A stretch of DNA of 64,000 nucleotides from an uncultured Spirochaetota bacterium (lineage in GTDB: Bacteria > Spirochaetota > Spirochaetia > SZUA-6 > Fen-1364). Of this stretch, positions 19,220 through 28,338 are shown piece by piece. The first letter of the stretch is position 1. Each line of letters starts with the position of its first letter. The notes under the pieces were generated by a model that was not told where the DNA came from, ran no database searches, and was given only the letters and a program-made list of their open reading frames with translations. The DNA lies in contig CAWJSK010000012.1 of NCBI GenBank assembly GCA_963845535.1, positions 864,001-928,000 of the forward strand. Reading direction: 5' to 3'. A program made the translations under genes and the position numbers.

Positions 19220-19879
19220 CTACCGCTCCTCTGCCCTGTGGTGCTTGATCACCCTACCTTCCGTCATGTAGATCACGTCCTCGCCGATGTTCGTAGACAG
19301 GTCCGCAATACGTTCCAGGTTGCCCGCAATCTTTAAAATACACAAGCTCCGCTCGATGGTGAAGTGGTCCGTCGTCATGGAGGCGCTGATTCGCTCGAGC
19401 ATTTCTGCGGCCATCTGGTCCACCACGGCGTCCGCCTCGCACACCTGCTTTCCCAGCTCTGCATCTGCCTCGATGAAGCTGCGGACGGCCCGGTCCACCA
19501 TGCTGAGGGTTTCATCGAAAAGCCGAAGCAGGTCCTTGTCCGGCTCGGTGGTGGAAAGTCCGCCGCAATCCAGCGCGGCCTCGGCAATGTTCACCGCGTG
19601 GTCAGCCATGCGCTCCAGGTCGTTCGTCATGCTTCGCACCATGAGGATGGTGCGGAGCTCCTTCGCCATGGGCTGGTGCTGCGCAATGAGGGAGGTGCAC
19701 TCCTCCTCCAGCTCGACCTCGAACTCGTTCGCGCGCGGCTCGGCCTTCTCCACCACGTCGGTGAGAGCCTCGACCCTCCGCGTGAAGAGCGACGCCCGGC
19801 ATTGGGAAATCATGTCCTCGACGTGCCGGGCGTAGGACACCACACGCGCCGAAAGGTCCTCGATCTGCGCTATGGGCAT
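19220..19879 (-). CDS. phoU: Phosphate signalling protein PhoU
   Basis: DLERMADHAVNIAE and NLERIADLSTNIGE repeats. Confidence 0.93.
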   Translation of the reverse strand: MPIAQIEDLSARVVSYARHVEDMISQCRASLFTRRVEALTDVVEKAEPRANEFEVELEEECTSLIAQHQPMAKELRTILMVRSMTNDLERMADHAVNIAEAALDCGGLSTTEPDKDLLRLFDETLSMVDRAVRSFIEADAELGKQVCEADAVVDQMAAEMLERISASMTTDHFTIERSLCILKIAGNLERIADLSTNIGEDVIYMTEGRVIKHHRAEER

Positions 19880-19887
19880 GATGTCTC

Positions 19888-20667
19888 CTATCCGAACTTC
19901 CCGGACAGGTACTCCTCCGTACGCTTGTCCTTGGGAACGGTGAACAGCCTGTTCGTGGGCCCGAACTCCACGAGCTCTCCGAGGTGGATGAACGCGGTGA
20001 AGTCGGAGATCCGCGCGGCCTGGGGGATGTTGTGGGTGACCTGGACGATCGTGACGGTCCCCTTGAGAGACACGATCAGCTCTTCGATGGCCGCCGTGGC
20101 CTTGGGGTCAAGCGCCGAGGTGGGCTCATCCAGGAGCAGGACCTCGGGCTTCATTGCCAGGGCGCGCGCAATGCACAGCCTCTGCTGCTGGCCGCCGGAG
20201 AGGAAGGTGCCGCGGCGGTACAGCGAGTCCTTCACCTCGTCCCAGAGAGCCACGCGGCGAAGCGTTTCCTCGACAATCTGGTCCCGCTCATCCCTGTCCA
20301 TGCGCGCGCCGTTCAGCGTGTAGCCGGCCACCACGTTGTCGTAGATGCTCATGGTCGGGAACGGATTGGGCCTCTGGAACACCATCCCGATGCGCCGACG
20401 CAGCAGGATGGGATTGATGCGGTACACGTTCTCCCCGTCCAGGAGCACTTCCCCGCTCACGCGCGCGTTGGCATTCAGCTCGTGCATGCGGTTGATGCAG
20501 CGCATGAAGGTCGTCTTGCCGCACCCGGACGGACCCATGATCGCGGTGACGCGTTGCCGGGGGACCGCGAGGGAAACCCCCAACACGACATCATTTCCGT
20601 CGAAACCCGCCGTGAGGGAGCGCGTTTCAAGGATGACTTCTTCGGCTGTCAGAACTGAATCTTCCAT
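19888..20667 (-). CDS. pstB: Phosphate ABC transporter ATPase
   Basis: GPSGCGKT, FQRPNPFP, LSGGQQQRLCIARAL, DEPTSALDP. Confidence 0.96.
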   Translation of the reverse strand: MEDSVLTAEEVILETRSLTAGFDGNDVVLGVSLAVPRQRVTAIMGPSGCGKTTFMRCINRMHELNANARVSGEVLLDGENVYRINPILLRRRIGMVFQRPNPFPTMSIYDNVVAGYTLNGARMDRDERDQIVEETLRRVALWDEVKDSLYRRGTFLSGGQQQRLCIARALAMKPEVLLLDEPTSALDPKATAAIEELIVSLKGTVTIVQVTHNIPQAARISDFTAFIHLGELVEFGPTNRLFTVPKDKRTEEYLSGKFG

Positions 20668-21569
20668 CTTGATGTCACCAGCTTAGTCACGAGATTCAGG
20701 GCAAGGACGACCACCAGGAGCACGAAGGAGGCGCCCCACGCAAGGGACTGCCATTCGGGGTACGGGCTTGTGGCATAGAAGAAAATCGTCTGCGGCAGCG
20801 ACGCAACAGGCTTGAGGATGCTGTACTCCATGTAAGGGCTGCCGAAGGAGGTGAAAAGAAGAGGCGCCGTCTCTCCCGCGGCCCTGGCAACAGCCAGAAG
20901 GGTCCCCGTGATGACTCCGCTTGCCCCGGCAGGGAGTATGACCTTGAGCACCGTACGCGGGTAGGAAACTCCGAGCGCCAGCGCGGCCTCGCGAAGGCTC
21001 ACGGGGATCAGGAGGAGGGTTTCCTCGGTGGACAGCGTTATGACGGGGAGCATGATCATTGCCAGGGCCACCCCGCCGGAAAGAGCGGAGAAGTGCCCCA
21101 TGGTGCGAACCACCCAGACGTAGGCGACAATTCCTATCACGATGGATGGGACGCCCATCAGTGTTTCAACAGAAAGCCGGGTCAACCTGCCAAGGCCGCT
21201 TTTGCCGCTCTCCGACAGGAAAATCCCGGCAAGGATGCCTAACGGAATCGAGATCACCGACGCCAGGACAATCAGCATGATGGTCCCGACAATGGCGTTG
21301 GCAATGCCTCCGCCGGCCTCCCCCATAGGCTTCGGCAGCTCCGTCAGAAACTGCCAGTTGATGGAAGAGGCGCCGCGCACAATGACGAAAATCAGGATCA
21401 GAACAAGAGGCAGCGTTGCGATAAGGGAGATGGCAAGAACGCCGCCCAGGAAAGCCTTGTCCCCGTGGAGCCGGGCCCGGATCTCTGCGTCAGGAGAAGA
21501 CCCTCTCATGATGCTCTGCTGAGCGCGCGCCGCGGGCTCCTCTCGGACCTTTGCGAGGTTGTCTGCCAT
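20649..21569 (-). CDS. pstA: Phosphate ABC permease PstA
   Basis: GVPSIVIG, REAALALG, RAAGETAPL. Confidence 0.95.
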   Translation of the reverse strand: MADNLAKVREEPAARAQQSIMRGSSPDAEIRARLHGDKAFLGGVLAISLIATLPLVLILIFVIVRGASSINWQFLTELPKPMGEAGGGIANAIVGTIMLIVLASVISIPLGILAGIFLSESGKSGLGRLTRLSVETLMGVPSIVIGIVAYVWVVRTMGHFSALSGGVALAMIMLPVITLSTEETLLLIPVSLREAALALGVSYPRTVLKVILPAGASGVITGTLLAVARAAGETAPLLFTSFGSPYMEYSILKPVASLPQTIFFYATSPYPEWQSLAWGASFVLLVVVLALNLVTKLVTSRWKIQF

Positions 21570-21570
21570 G

Positions 21571-22452
21571 TCACGCGGCCTCCACCATCCTGTTGATTAC
21601 CACCTTGCCGAGGATGTTGATCACCGTGCTGATCACGAAAAGCAGGAGCGCAATCTCAACGAGGCTGGCCAGGTAGACAGCCCCCTGCGCCTCGGAGAAC
21701 TCGTTGGCAATGAGGCTAGCCATCGTGTTGCCGGGGGAAAGAAGGTTCAGCGTGATCGTATTCGAATTACCAATAACCATGGTGACTGCCATGGTCTCTC
21801 CGAGCGCCCGCCCCAGGGACAGGAAGATGCCGCCCAGGATTCCCGACCTCGCGTACGGCAGGGAGACTTTCCACACCATTTCGGACCGCGTGGAACCCAG
21901 GGACAAAGCTGCCTCTTTCAGGTCGGCCGGGACGAGCAAGAGCATCTCCCGTCCGATGGATGCCGAGTACGGAAGGATCATGAACGCGAGGAGGATGGAG
22001 GAAGTGAGGATCCCGACCCCGAACGGCGGCACGCCGAGAAGGAGCTGGATGACCCTGACCGCGGGAACGAGGAAGAACAGGCCGATAAAGCCGTAGACGA
22101 TAGATGGTATCCCGGCGAGCAGCTCGACCGCAGTTCTCATCACAGAAGCGAATGCCCCTGTGCGGAAATATTCACCCATCAGAATTGCGAGCGCGAGGGA
22201 AAGAATCGTGGCAATTGCCAGGGCAATGAGGGAGGTGACGAGCGTTCCGAACACGAACGGCAGCGCGTGGAAGCTGTTAGTGACGGGGTCCCATTCGCTG
22301 CCGGTGAGAAAACGGAAACCGTTTGCCACAAGCGCAGGGCGGGAGGAGAGTACAAGGGACAGGAGGATCGCAATGAGCAGGACGCTCACCACGATTCCTC
22401 CGAAGAAAAGAACCGTTCGAAACGCCGAATCAGAAGCCCGCGTGGTCCTCAT
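21571..22452 (-). CDS. pstC: Phosphate ABC permease PstC
   Basis: ELLAGIPSIVYG, RALGETMAV. Confidence 0.95.
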   Translation of the reverse strand: MRTTRASDSAFRTVLFFGGIVVSVLLIAILLSLVLSSRPALVANGFRFLTGSEWDPVTNSFHALPFVFGTLVTSLIALAIATILSLALAILMGEYFRTGAFASVMRTAVELLAGIPSIVYGFIGLFFLVPAVRVIQLLLGVPPFGVGILTSSILLAFMILPYSASIGREMLLLVPADLKEAALSLGSTRSEMVWKVSLPYARSGILGGIFLSLGRALGETMAVTMVIGNSNTITLNLLSPGNTMASLIANEFSEAQGAVYLASLVEIALLLFVISTVINILGKVVINRMVEAA

Positions 22453-22477
22453 TCTTTCCTTGTCCCGTCGAAGCGCC

Positions 22478-23527
22478 TTACATTCCGCCCAGGAGAGGCT
22501 GGCCGTCCCAGGTGATCGACTTCAGGATGACTTCGGCCTTCTTCACAACGGGCGCGGGCAGCACCGCGTAGGAAAGCGGCTCTGCGTACTTCTGCCCGTC
22601 ATGGGTCATCCACCAGATCATTTTCAGAAGGGCTTCGACCTTGGCCTTCTGATGATTGCCGTAGTTCTGCTCCTTGTAAAGGAGGAGCCACGTGAAGCTG
22701 GCAATGGGGTATCCCTCGGGCGCATCCGAGTTCGTCGTGCTGAGCTTTGTTACGTCCGCGGGGACCGGAACGTTCGCCGCCGTGCTCGTGCTTGCCAGGG
22801 AGGCCTTGATCCAGTTGCCGCTCTTGTTCTTGAGCAGCGCGTACGACATGTTGTTCTGCAGGGCATAGATCAGCTCGACGTACCCGAAAGACCCCGGAAG
22901 CTGCTGCACAAGCCCAGCTACGCCCGGGTTTCCTTTCCCGCCAATACCCACGGGCCAGTTGAGCGAGGTGCCAGTGCCGACCTTTTCTTTCCACTCATTG
23001 GACACCTTGCACAGGTAGTCGCTGAATACGCCCGTGGTGCCACTGCCGTCCGAGCGGTGCACGACGGTGATGTTCATGTTGGGGAACTTCACATTGGGGT
23101 TGATCTCGGCGATCCGGGGATCGTTCCAATTTTTGATCTTGCCAAGGAAGATGTCGGCGATGATGTCGCCGGTAAACCTGAGCTGCGGGTTGCCCGGCAG
23201 GTTGGAGGCCATAACCACGGCGCCCGCTACCGTCGGGATTTGCACGATCTCCGCGGGAGCGTCCGAGAGGTCCTTTGCGGTCATGACGACGTCCGATGCG
23301 CCGAAATCCACCGTTCTGCCCTTGATCTGGGCCTGTCCGCCGCCGGAGCCGATGGCCTGGTAGTTCACCTTGACGCCGAACTCCTTGGCATACTGGTCGA
23401 ACATCTTGAGATACAACGGCGCCGGAAACGTCGCGCCGGCCCCCACGAACTCGAAATTCTGCGCAAAACCGGCCCCGCCAAGGGAGACGATCAGGGCAGC
23501 GGCCATGAAAAGCCTCGATACCTTCAC
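22478..23527 (-). CDS. pstS: Phosphate-binding protein PstS
   Basis: GAGATFPAP, GSGGG, DFGASD, RSDGSGTT; GTG start after AGGAGG. Confidence 0.96.
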   Translation of the reverse strand: MKVSRLFMAAALIVSLGGAGFAQNFEFVGAGATFPAPLYLKMFDQYAKEFGVKVNYQAIGSGGGQAQIKGRTVDFGASDVVMTAKDLSDAPAEIVQIPTVAGAVVMASNLPGNPQLRFTGDIIADIFLGKIKNWNDPRIAEINPNVKFPNMNITVVHRSDGSGTTGVFSDYLCKVSNEWKEKVGTGTSLNWPVGIGGKGNPGVAGLVQQLPGSFGYVELIYALQNNMSYALLKNKSGNWIKASLASTSTAANVPVPADVTKLSTTNSDAPEGYPIASFTWLLLYKEQNYGNHQKAKVEALLKMIWWMTHDGQKYAEPLSYAVLPAPVVKKAEVILKSITWDGQPLLGGM

Positions 23528-23597
23528 TGGGTGCTCCTCCTTTAAATGTAGTCAGAATTCGCGCCTTCATGGCGCAGGACCAATCTCACCGGCCGTT

Positions 23598-23635
23598 GTT
23601 AGTGAGCAGTGAAGGTAGTGTTAATTTTCCGTTAA
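23598..23635 (-). promoter_or_regulatory. PHO-box array upstream of pstS
   Basis: Minus strand TTAAC-N6-TTAAC-N6-TTCAC-N6-CTAAC between phoR and pstS. Confidence 0.8.
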
Positions 23636-23638
23636 TTC

Positions 23639-25369
23639 TCACCCCTGGACCGGAAGCCGAACAATGAAGCTCGTGCCGCGGCCCGGCACGCTTTCCACCA
23701 CCACCGTGCCTCCGTGGCTCTGCACGATGTGCTTCACGATCGAAAGCCCCAGCCCCGTGCCTCCGAGCTTTCGGGAGCGCGACTTGTCCACCACGTAGAA
23801 GCGCTCGAACAACCGCGGGATGTGCTCTTCGGCTATTCCGAGGCCCGTGTCGCTCACCTCGATGCGCATCCACTCCCGCTCCTGGCGGACGTCCACGCTG
23901 ACCTCGCCGGCCTCCGTGAACTTCAGCGCGTTGTCGAGGAGGTTCACCAGCATCTGCTCCACGAGAAACGAATCCGCGAACACGCGGGGGAGGAAATCAG
24001 GGACGGAGACTTTCAGGGAAAGTCCCTTTGCCTGGGCGCGGTTGGCGAACATCCCCGCAACGTCGGCCACAACCTTCTCCAGGGCCACCGGCTCGCGGGA
24101 GCGTTCGACTCCCCGGGCTTCCAGGCTCGAGAGGAGGAGCAGGTCTTCGACGATGGCGGACATTCGCTGGGAGTTGCGGCGGATCGTCTCGACCCATCGC
24201 TCCGAATCTCCGGAGAGCTGGCCTTCCAGCATCTCGAGGGAACCGCGGATGGAGGTGAGCGGCGTGCGAAGCTCGTGGGAGGCGTTGACCACGAAGTCCC
24301 GTTTCACCGTCTCCAGCCGCCTGATGTCGCTCGTGTCATGAAGGACCACGATCAGCTCATCTCGGCCCGCCATGCGCTGCACCGTGCACAGGAGCCATCC
24401 CTCCCCGCAGGCCACTTCCTCTGATCTTCTCTCCCCCGTGGCTCTGGCTTCCTGCACGAGCTCGATGAGCCGGGGGGCGCGCACGAGCTCCCACAGGGTG
24501 CGCCCCTCCACCGTGTCGGTCTCCGCCAGGGCTTCGAATCCCTTGTTGAACCTCACGATCCGCCCGTTCCTGTCCAAGAGGACGATTCCTTCTTGGACAG
24601 AGGAGAATATGCCGTCCAGCTCCTGCGCGCGCCGGGCGCTGTCCAGGAAAAGTCCTTGCACGCGTTCTCCCATTGTGTTGAACGCTTCCGCAAGCTCCCG
24701 GATCTCATCACGCCTGCGAAGGTGAAGCCGGGCGCCGAAATCCCCGGATGCAAACCGAGTGACTGCCCCCGCGAGGTCGCGCAAAGGGGAAAGGATGGAC
24801 CGCGTGAACGCCAGCGCAAAAAGGAGACAGACCACCAGGAGCGGGCCCACGAACAGCAGGAGGTTCGTGGTCTCCCGCGGATACGCGGCCTCCAGCTCCT
24901 CCCGGGGGCTCGAAGCGCGCACAACGCCGTGGACCATCCCGTTCACGGTGACCGGCACGGCCACGTACACGGTCCAGCGCCGCACGGTGCTCGAGAGGCG
25001 CGAGGAAACCCCGATCTCCCCCTGCATTGCGGCGGCCACCTCGGGCCGCAAGGAGTGGTTTTCCATCCGAGACGGGTCTTCTTCGGAATCCGCCAGGACG
25101 ACACCGCGGGCGTCGATCAGCGTGATGCGCTCATGCGCCTCCTGCGCCATGCGGGCGGTCAGAGAATTGAGCTCCGCGCTCCTGCCGTTCGCCATGAGGC
25201 CCGCGGCGGCGCCCCTGGCTGTCAAGGCCCCTTCTTCGAGACCGTGCACGACCCGGTCGAACGACATGCCCCGCACGATGCTCAGTGAATAGATGAAGAA
25301 AGCGAGCAGGACGAGGACGCAGAGAAGGGAGAATCGGACAAAGACCTTGCTCAGGAAGAGACGGCTCAC
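23639..25369 (-). CDS. phoR: Phosphate regulon sensor kinase (HAMP, PAS, HisKA, HATPase)
   Basis: SHELRTPLT, NLLDNALKF, ERFYVVDKSRSR, GGTGLGLSI; next to pst. Confidence 0.9.
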   Translation of the reverse strand: MSRLFLSKVFVRFSLLCVLVLLAFFIYSLSIVRGMSFDRVVHGLEEGALTARGAAAGLMANGRSAELNSLTARMAQEAHERITLIDARGVVLADSEEDPSRMENHSLRPEVAAAMQGEIGVSSRLSSTVRRWTVYVAVPVTVNGMVHGVVRASSPREELEAAYPRETTNLLLFVGPLLVVCLLFALAFTRSILSPLRDLAGAVTRFASGDFGARLHLRRRDEIRELAEAFNTMGERVQGLFLDSARRAQELDGIFSSVQEGIVLLDRNGRIVRFNKGFEALAETDTVEGRTLWELVRAPRLIELVQEARATGERRSEEVACGEGWLLCTVQRMAGRDELIVVLHDTSDIRRLETVKRDFVVNASHELRTPLTSIRGSLEMLEGQLSGDSERWVETIRRNSQRMSAIVEDLLLLSSLEARGVERSREPVALEKVVADVAGMFANRAQAKGLSLKVSVPDFLPRVFADSFLVEQMLVNLLDNALKFTEAGEVSVDVRQEREWMRIEVSDTGLGIAEEHIPRLFERFYVVDKSRSRKLGGTGLGLSIVKHIVQSHGGTVVVESVPGRGTSFIVRLPVQG

Positions 25370-26076
25370 CGGCCCTCCGAAGCGGCGGCCCCCGCGGAGA
25401 TGAGCTTGTAGCCAATGCCCCGCACATTCACGATTCGGGTCCCATGGCCGCCGAGCTTGTCCCGCAGGTGCTTCACGTGCACGTCCACGGACCTGTCAGT
25501 GACGTTCTTCTCGTTGCCCCAGAGATGGTCGAGGATCTTCTCCCGGGAGAAGACCCAGCCAACGCGGGACGCCAGGAGCTGGAGGATGCGGAACTCCGCC
25601 TGCGTCAGCTCCAGACGGGCCCCTCCCACGAAAGCCTCAACGGTGTCGGTGTCAATGACCAGCCCGTCACCCGCGTCAATACGGGCGCGCGCGACCTCCG
25701 GGGCGGCGCGGCGCAGAACCGCCTTCACGCGGGCGGCGAGCTCCTTCGGGGAAAACGGCTTCACGACGTAGTCGTCAGCGCCCAGCTCCAGCCCGAGGAC
25801 CCTGTCCGCTTCCTCCGCGCGCGCCGTCAGGATGATGACCGGGATGGCGGAAAGGTTGCGGTCCGCCCGCATCCTGCGGCAGACCTCGAAGCCATCCGTA
25901 TCCGGAAGCATTACGTCGAGGACCACGAGGTCCGGCCTGTCGGCTGCCAGTGACGCGAGGAAGCCCCGTCCGTCAGGGTGCTCGCGGACGCGGAAGCGCT
26001 CCTTCTTCAAGGCCGCCGTGACAAGCGCGCGGATGTCGTCTTCGTCCTCCACGATTGCTACCAGCTCATTCATCAC
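25366..26076 (-). CDS. phoB: Phosphate regulon response regulator (OmpR family)
   Basis: VEDE, LDVMLP, KPFS, RSVDVHV; coupled to phoR. Confidence 0.85.
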   Translation of the reverse strand: MMNELVAIVEDEDDIRALVTAALKKERFRVREHPDGRGFLASLAADRPDLVVLDVMLPDTDGFEVCRRMRADRNLSAIPVIILTARAEEADRVLGLELGADDYVVKPFSPKELAARVKAVLRRAAPEVARARIDAGDGLVIDTDTVEAFVGGARLELTQAEFRILQLLASRVGWVFSREKILDHLWGNEKNVTDRSVDVHVKHLRDKLGGHGTRIVNVRGIGYKLISAGAAASEGR

Positions 26077-26097
26077 CCCGACTGTAAAGCAAACGGC

Positions 26098-26721
26098 TCA
26101 GCTCTGCAACGCCGGCCCCGAAGCGCGTCGGGCGGCGGCGCGCCTTCGCGAGGCAAGCTCCGCCCAGCGGAAGCAGCTCACGAGGTGATCGTTGACCACG
26201 CCGACCGCCTGCAGGTGTGAGTAGATGATCGTGGAGCCGACGAAGGAAAACCCCCTCGCCTTGAGGTCCTTGGAAAGCTGATCGGAAAGCTCGCTGCGGG
26301 GCGGGACCTCGGAAATCGTCTCCCAGTGGTTCACCACCGGCTTGCCCTGCGTCCACTTCCACAGATACGCGTCGAACGTGCCGAACTCGTCGACAACCTC
26401 CAGGAGCCTGCGCGCATTGTCGATGGAGGATTCTATCTTGGCCCGGTTTCGGATGATCCCCGCGTCCGCGAGCAGCCGCTCCACGTCGCGTTTCCCGAAC
26501 TTCGCAACACGGGCGGGGTCGAAACCACGGTAGGCCCGACGGTACGCGTCGCGCTTTCGCAGCACGGTGAGCCAGGAAAGACCCGCCTGCGCCGCTTCCA
26601 GGACCAGGAACTCGAAGTGCCGTACATCGTCATGGGTCGGAGCGCCCCATTCCTCATCGTGGTACAGCGCAAGGGTCTCATTGGAGGAGGCCCAGCCGCA
26701 ACGCACCCTCGTGGAGCTCAT
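26098..26721 (-). CDS. tag: DNA-3-methyladenine glycosylase I
   Basis: YHDEEWG, QAGLSW, IIRNRAKI, NDHLVSC. Confidence 0.95.
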   Translation of the reverse strand: MSSTRVRCGWASSNETLALYHDEEWGAPTHDDVRHFEFLVLEAAQAGLSWLTVLRKRDAYRRAYRGFDPARVAKFGKRDVERLLADAGIIRNRAKIESSIDNARRLLEVVDEFGTFDAYLWKWTQGKPVVNHWETISEVPPRSELSDQLSKDLKARGFSFVGSTIIYSHLQAVGVVNDHLVSCFRWAELASRRRAAARRASGPALQS

Positions 26722-27603
26722 TCAAGCCCCCGCATTCCGTGAGGCCTCGGAGCCTTTGCCCGCGGTGTCGCGAAACCAGTCGATCAGCCGGCGGGCAACC
26801 GTCATGGGGCCAGGGATCTCGGGGAGCTGGTCGGCGCCGTACCAGTCTGCTTCCATGATTTCCGAGGCGTCGACGACGATCTCCCCGCGGGCGTGATCAG
26901 CGGTAAAGGCAACCATCAGCGAATGGGGGAACGGCCAGGGCTGGCTTCCAAAGTAGCGCAGGTTGGAGATTTCGATGCCGGTCTCTTCGCGCACCTCGCG
27001 GTGCACGCATTCTTCCAGCGTCTCCCCCGGCTCCACGTAGCCCGCCAGCACGCTGCGCAGTCCCGGCGGGAAGCGGGCCGCGCGAGCGAGCAGGATCCGC
27101 CCGTCCCGCACCACGGCCACGATGATGGCGGGGGAGATGCGAGGGTAGCTGAGGCTGCCGCACGCGGGGCATTCCCGCGCCCGCTCACCCGTTCGAAGCG
27201 TCGTGGCCGTACCGCACTTCCCGCAAAAGCGGTGGGACAGGTCCCAGTCCACCACCTCCAACGCGCGCGCGGCCACCGTAAAGAAGGAATAAGAGATGCC
27301 GTCGAACAAGGACCGCAAGCCCTCGAAACGAAACCCTTCGGGAGCCGGCGCTCCGAGCGGGACACTTGCGGCCATGCAGACGCGACCTTGCGCGGTCCCC
27401 AGGACGTGGCAGCCGTCCGCGGCAAATCCGAGAGAGCGCAAGTCTTCGGTCAACGGGAGGCAGGGCTCTCCGTCGTTGGCCGTGACAAGAACGGAGCTTC
27501 CCCGGCAGACGAACCAGAGCTGTGGCCCTTGCGCAAGCGCATCCATTCCGGGAACGAAGCTATCAAAAGAGGAGAGTTGACCGACCGGCTCATTATTGCC
27601 CAC
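26722..27603 (-). CDS. nudC: NADH pyrophosphatase
   Basis: Zn ribbon CGKC/CPAC, Nudix box GYVEPGETLEECVHREVREE, SQPWPFP. Confidence 0.93.
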   Translation of the reverse strand: MGNNEPVGQLSSFDSFVPGMDALAQGPQLWFVCRGSSVLVTANDGEPCLPLTEDLRSLGFAADGCHVLGTAQGRVCMAASVPLGAPAPEGFRFEGLRSLFDGISYSFFTVAARALEVVDWDLSHRFCGKCGTATTLRTGERARECPACGSLSYPRISPAIIVAVVRDGRILLARAARFPPGLRSVLAGYVEPGETLEECVHREVREETGIEISNLRYFGSQPWPFPHSLMVAFTADHARGEIVVDASEIMEADWYGADQLPEIPGPMTVARRLIDWFRDTAGKGSEASRNAGA

Positions 27604-27678
27604 TCATCGACCTTAGCAACAAAAGAGATCAATGGAAAGTGCGTCATAACGGTTCAAGCTGTGCTTAAATAATCCTAA

Positions 27679-27697
27679 TTGTGTCGAAATGACACAA
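27679..27697. promoter_or_regulatory. Palindromic upstream activator-like site
   Basis: TTGTGTC-N5-GACACAA about 90 bp upstream of a -24/-12 promoter. Confidence 0.55.
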
Positions 27698-27784
27698 AAT
27701 ACGTTATTTGTTGACGAAGGCCTCAAATCCTGATAATTGAGTTATTCACTTATATAGAAATGAATTACGATGTTTATTCAAGTC

Positions 27785-27801
27785 TTGGCATGCTTCCTGC
27801 A
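27785..27801 (+). promoter_or_regulatory. sigma54 (-24/-12) promoter
   Basis: TTGGCATGCTTCCTGCA has exact GG-N10-GC spacing. Confidence 0.7.
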
Positions 27802-27842
27802 TAACAATTGTCGAGATTCATGAAACCGATAGGAGGTGCAAT

Positions 27843-28268
27843 ATGAACCTTATTCGCTATTCACCAAACGCGCTGGACTTTCTGGACAACGTTTCCAGCT
27901 GGTTCGACGACATGTTCACCGAGCCGGTTTTCGGTCACTCCGGGGTGCCCGCGGTCGACGTAAAGGAAACCGGCGCCGAGTACCTTATGGAGGTGGAGCT
28001 TCCCGGGCTGTCCGAGAAGGACGTGGACGTGAAGCTGGACAACAATCTGCTCACGATCTCCTCCAGCAAGGAAGACAAGAAAGAGGAGAAGAAGGACGGC
28101 TACCTCATGCGCGAGCGCAGGTCTTCCAGCTTTGCCAGGAGCTTCGTGCTTCCGGAAGGGATCGACAGGGAGAAGATTTCCGCCGAGTTCAAGAACGGGA
28201 TCCTCACCCTCTCCTTTCCCAAGACACCGGCCGCGCAGCCCAAGACGATCGAAGTAAAGAAGAGCTAA
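27843..28268 (+). CDS. Hsp20/alpha-crystallin small heat-shock protein
   Basis: PAVDVKE, ELPG, RERR..SFARSFVLP, AEFKNGILT; AGGAGG RBS. Confidence 0.95.
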   Translation: MNLIRYSPNALDFLDNVSSWFDDMFTEPVFGHSGVPAVDVKETGAEYLMEVELPGLSEKDVDVKLDNNLLTISSSKEDKKEEKKDGYLMRERRSSSFARSFVLPEGIDREKISAEFKNGILTLSFPKTPAAQPKTIEVKKS

Positions 28269-28299
28269 AACGTTCATACTCGAGAAAGTGCAGAATCAA

Positions 28300-28338
28300 G
28301 CCTCCCTCGCCGCCGCGCGACTGAGGGAGGCGGTTTTT
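28300..28338 (+). terminator. Probable intrinsic terminator
   Basis: GCCTCCCTC...GAGGGAGGC stem followed by a T-run. Confidence 0.6.
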
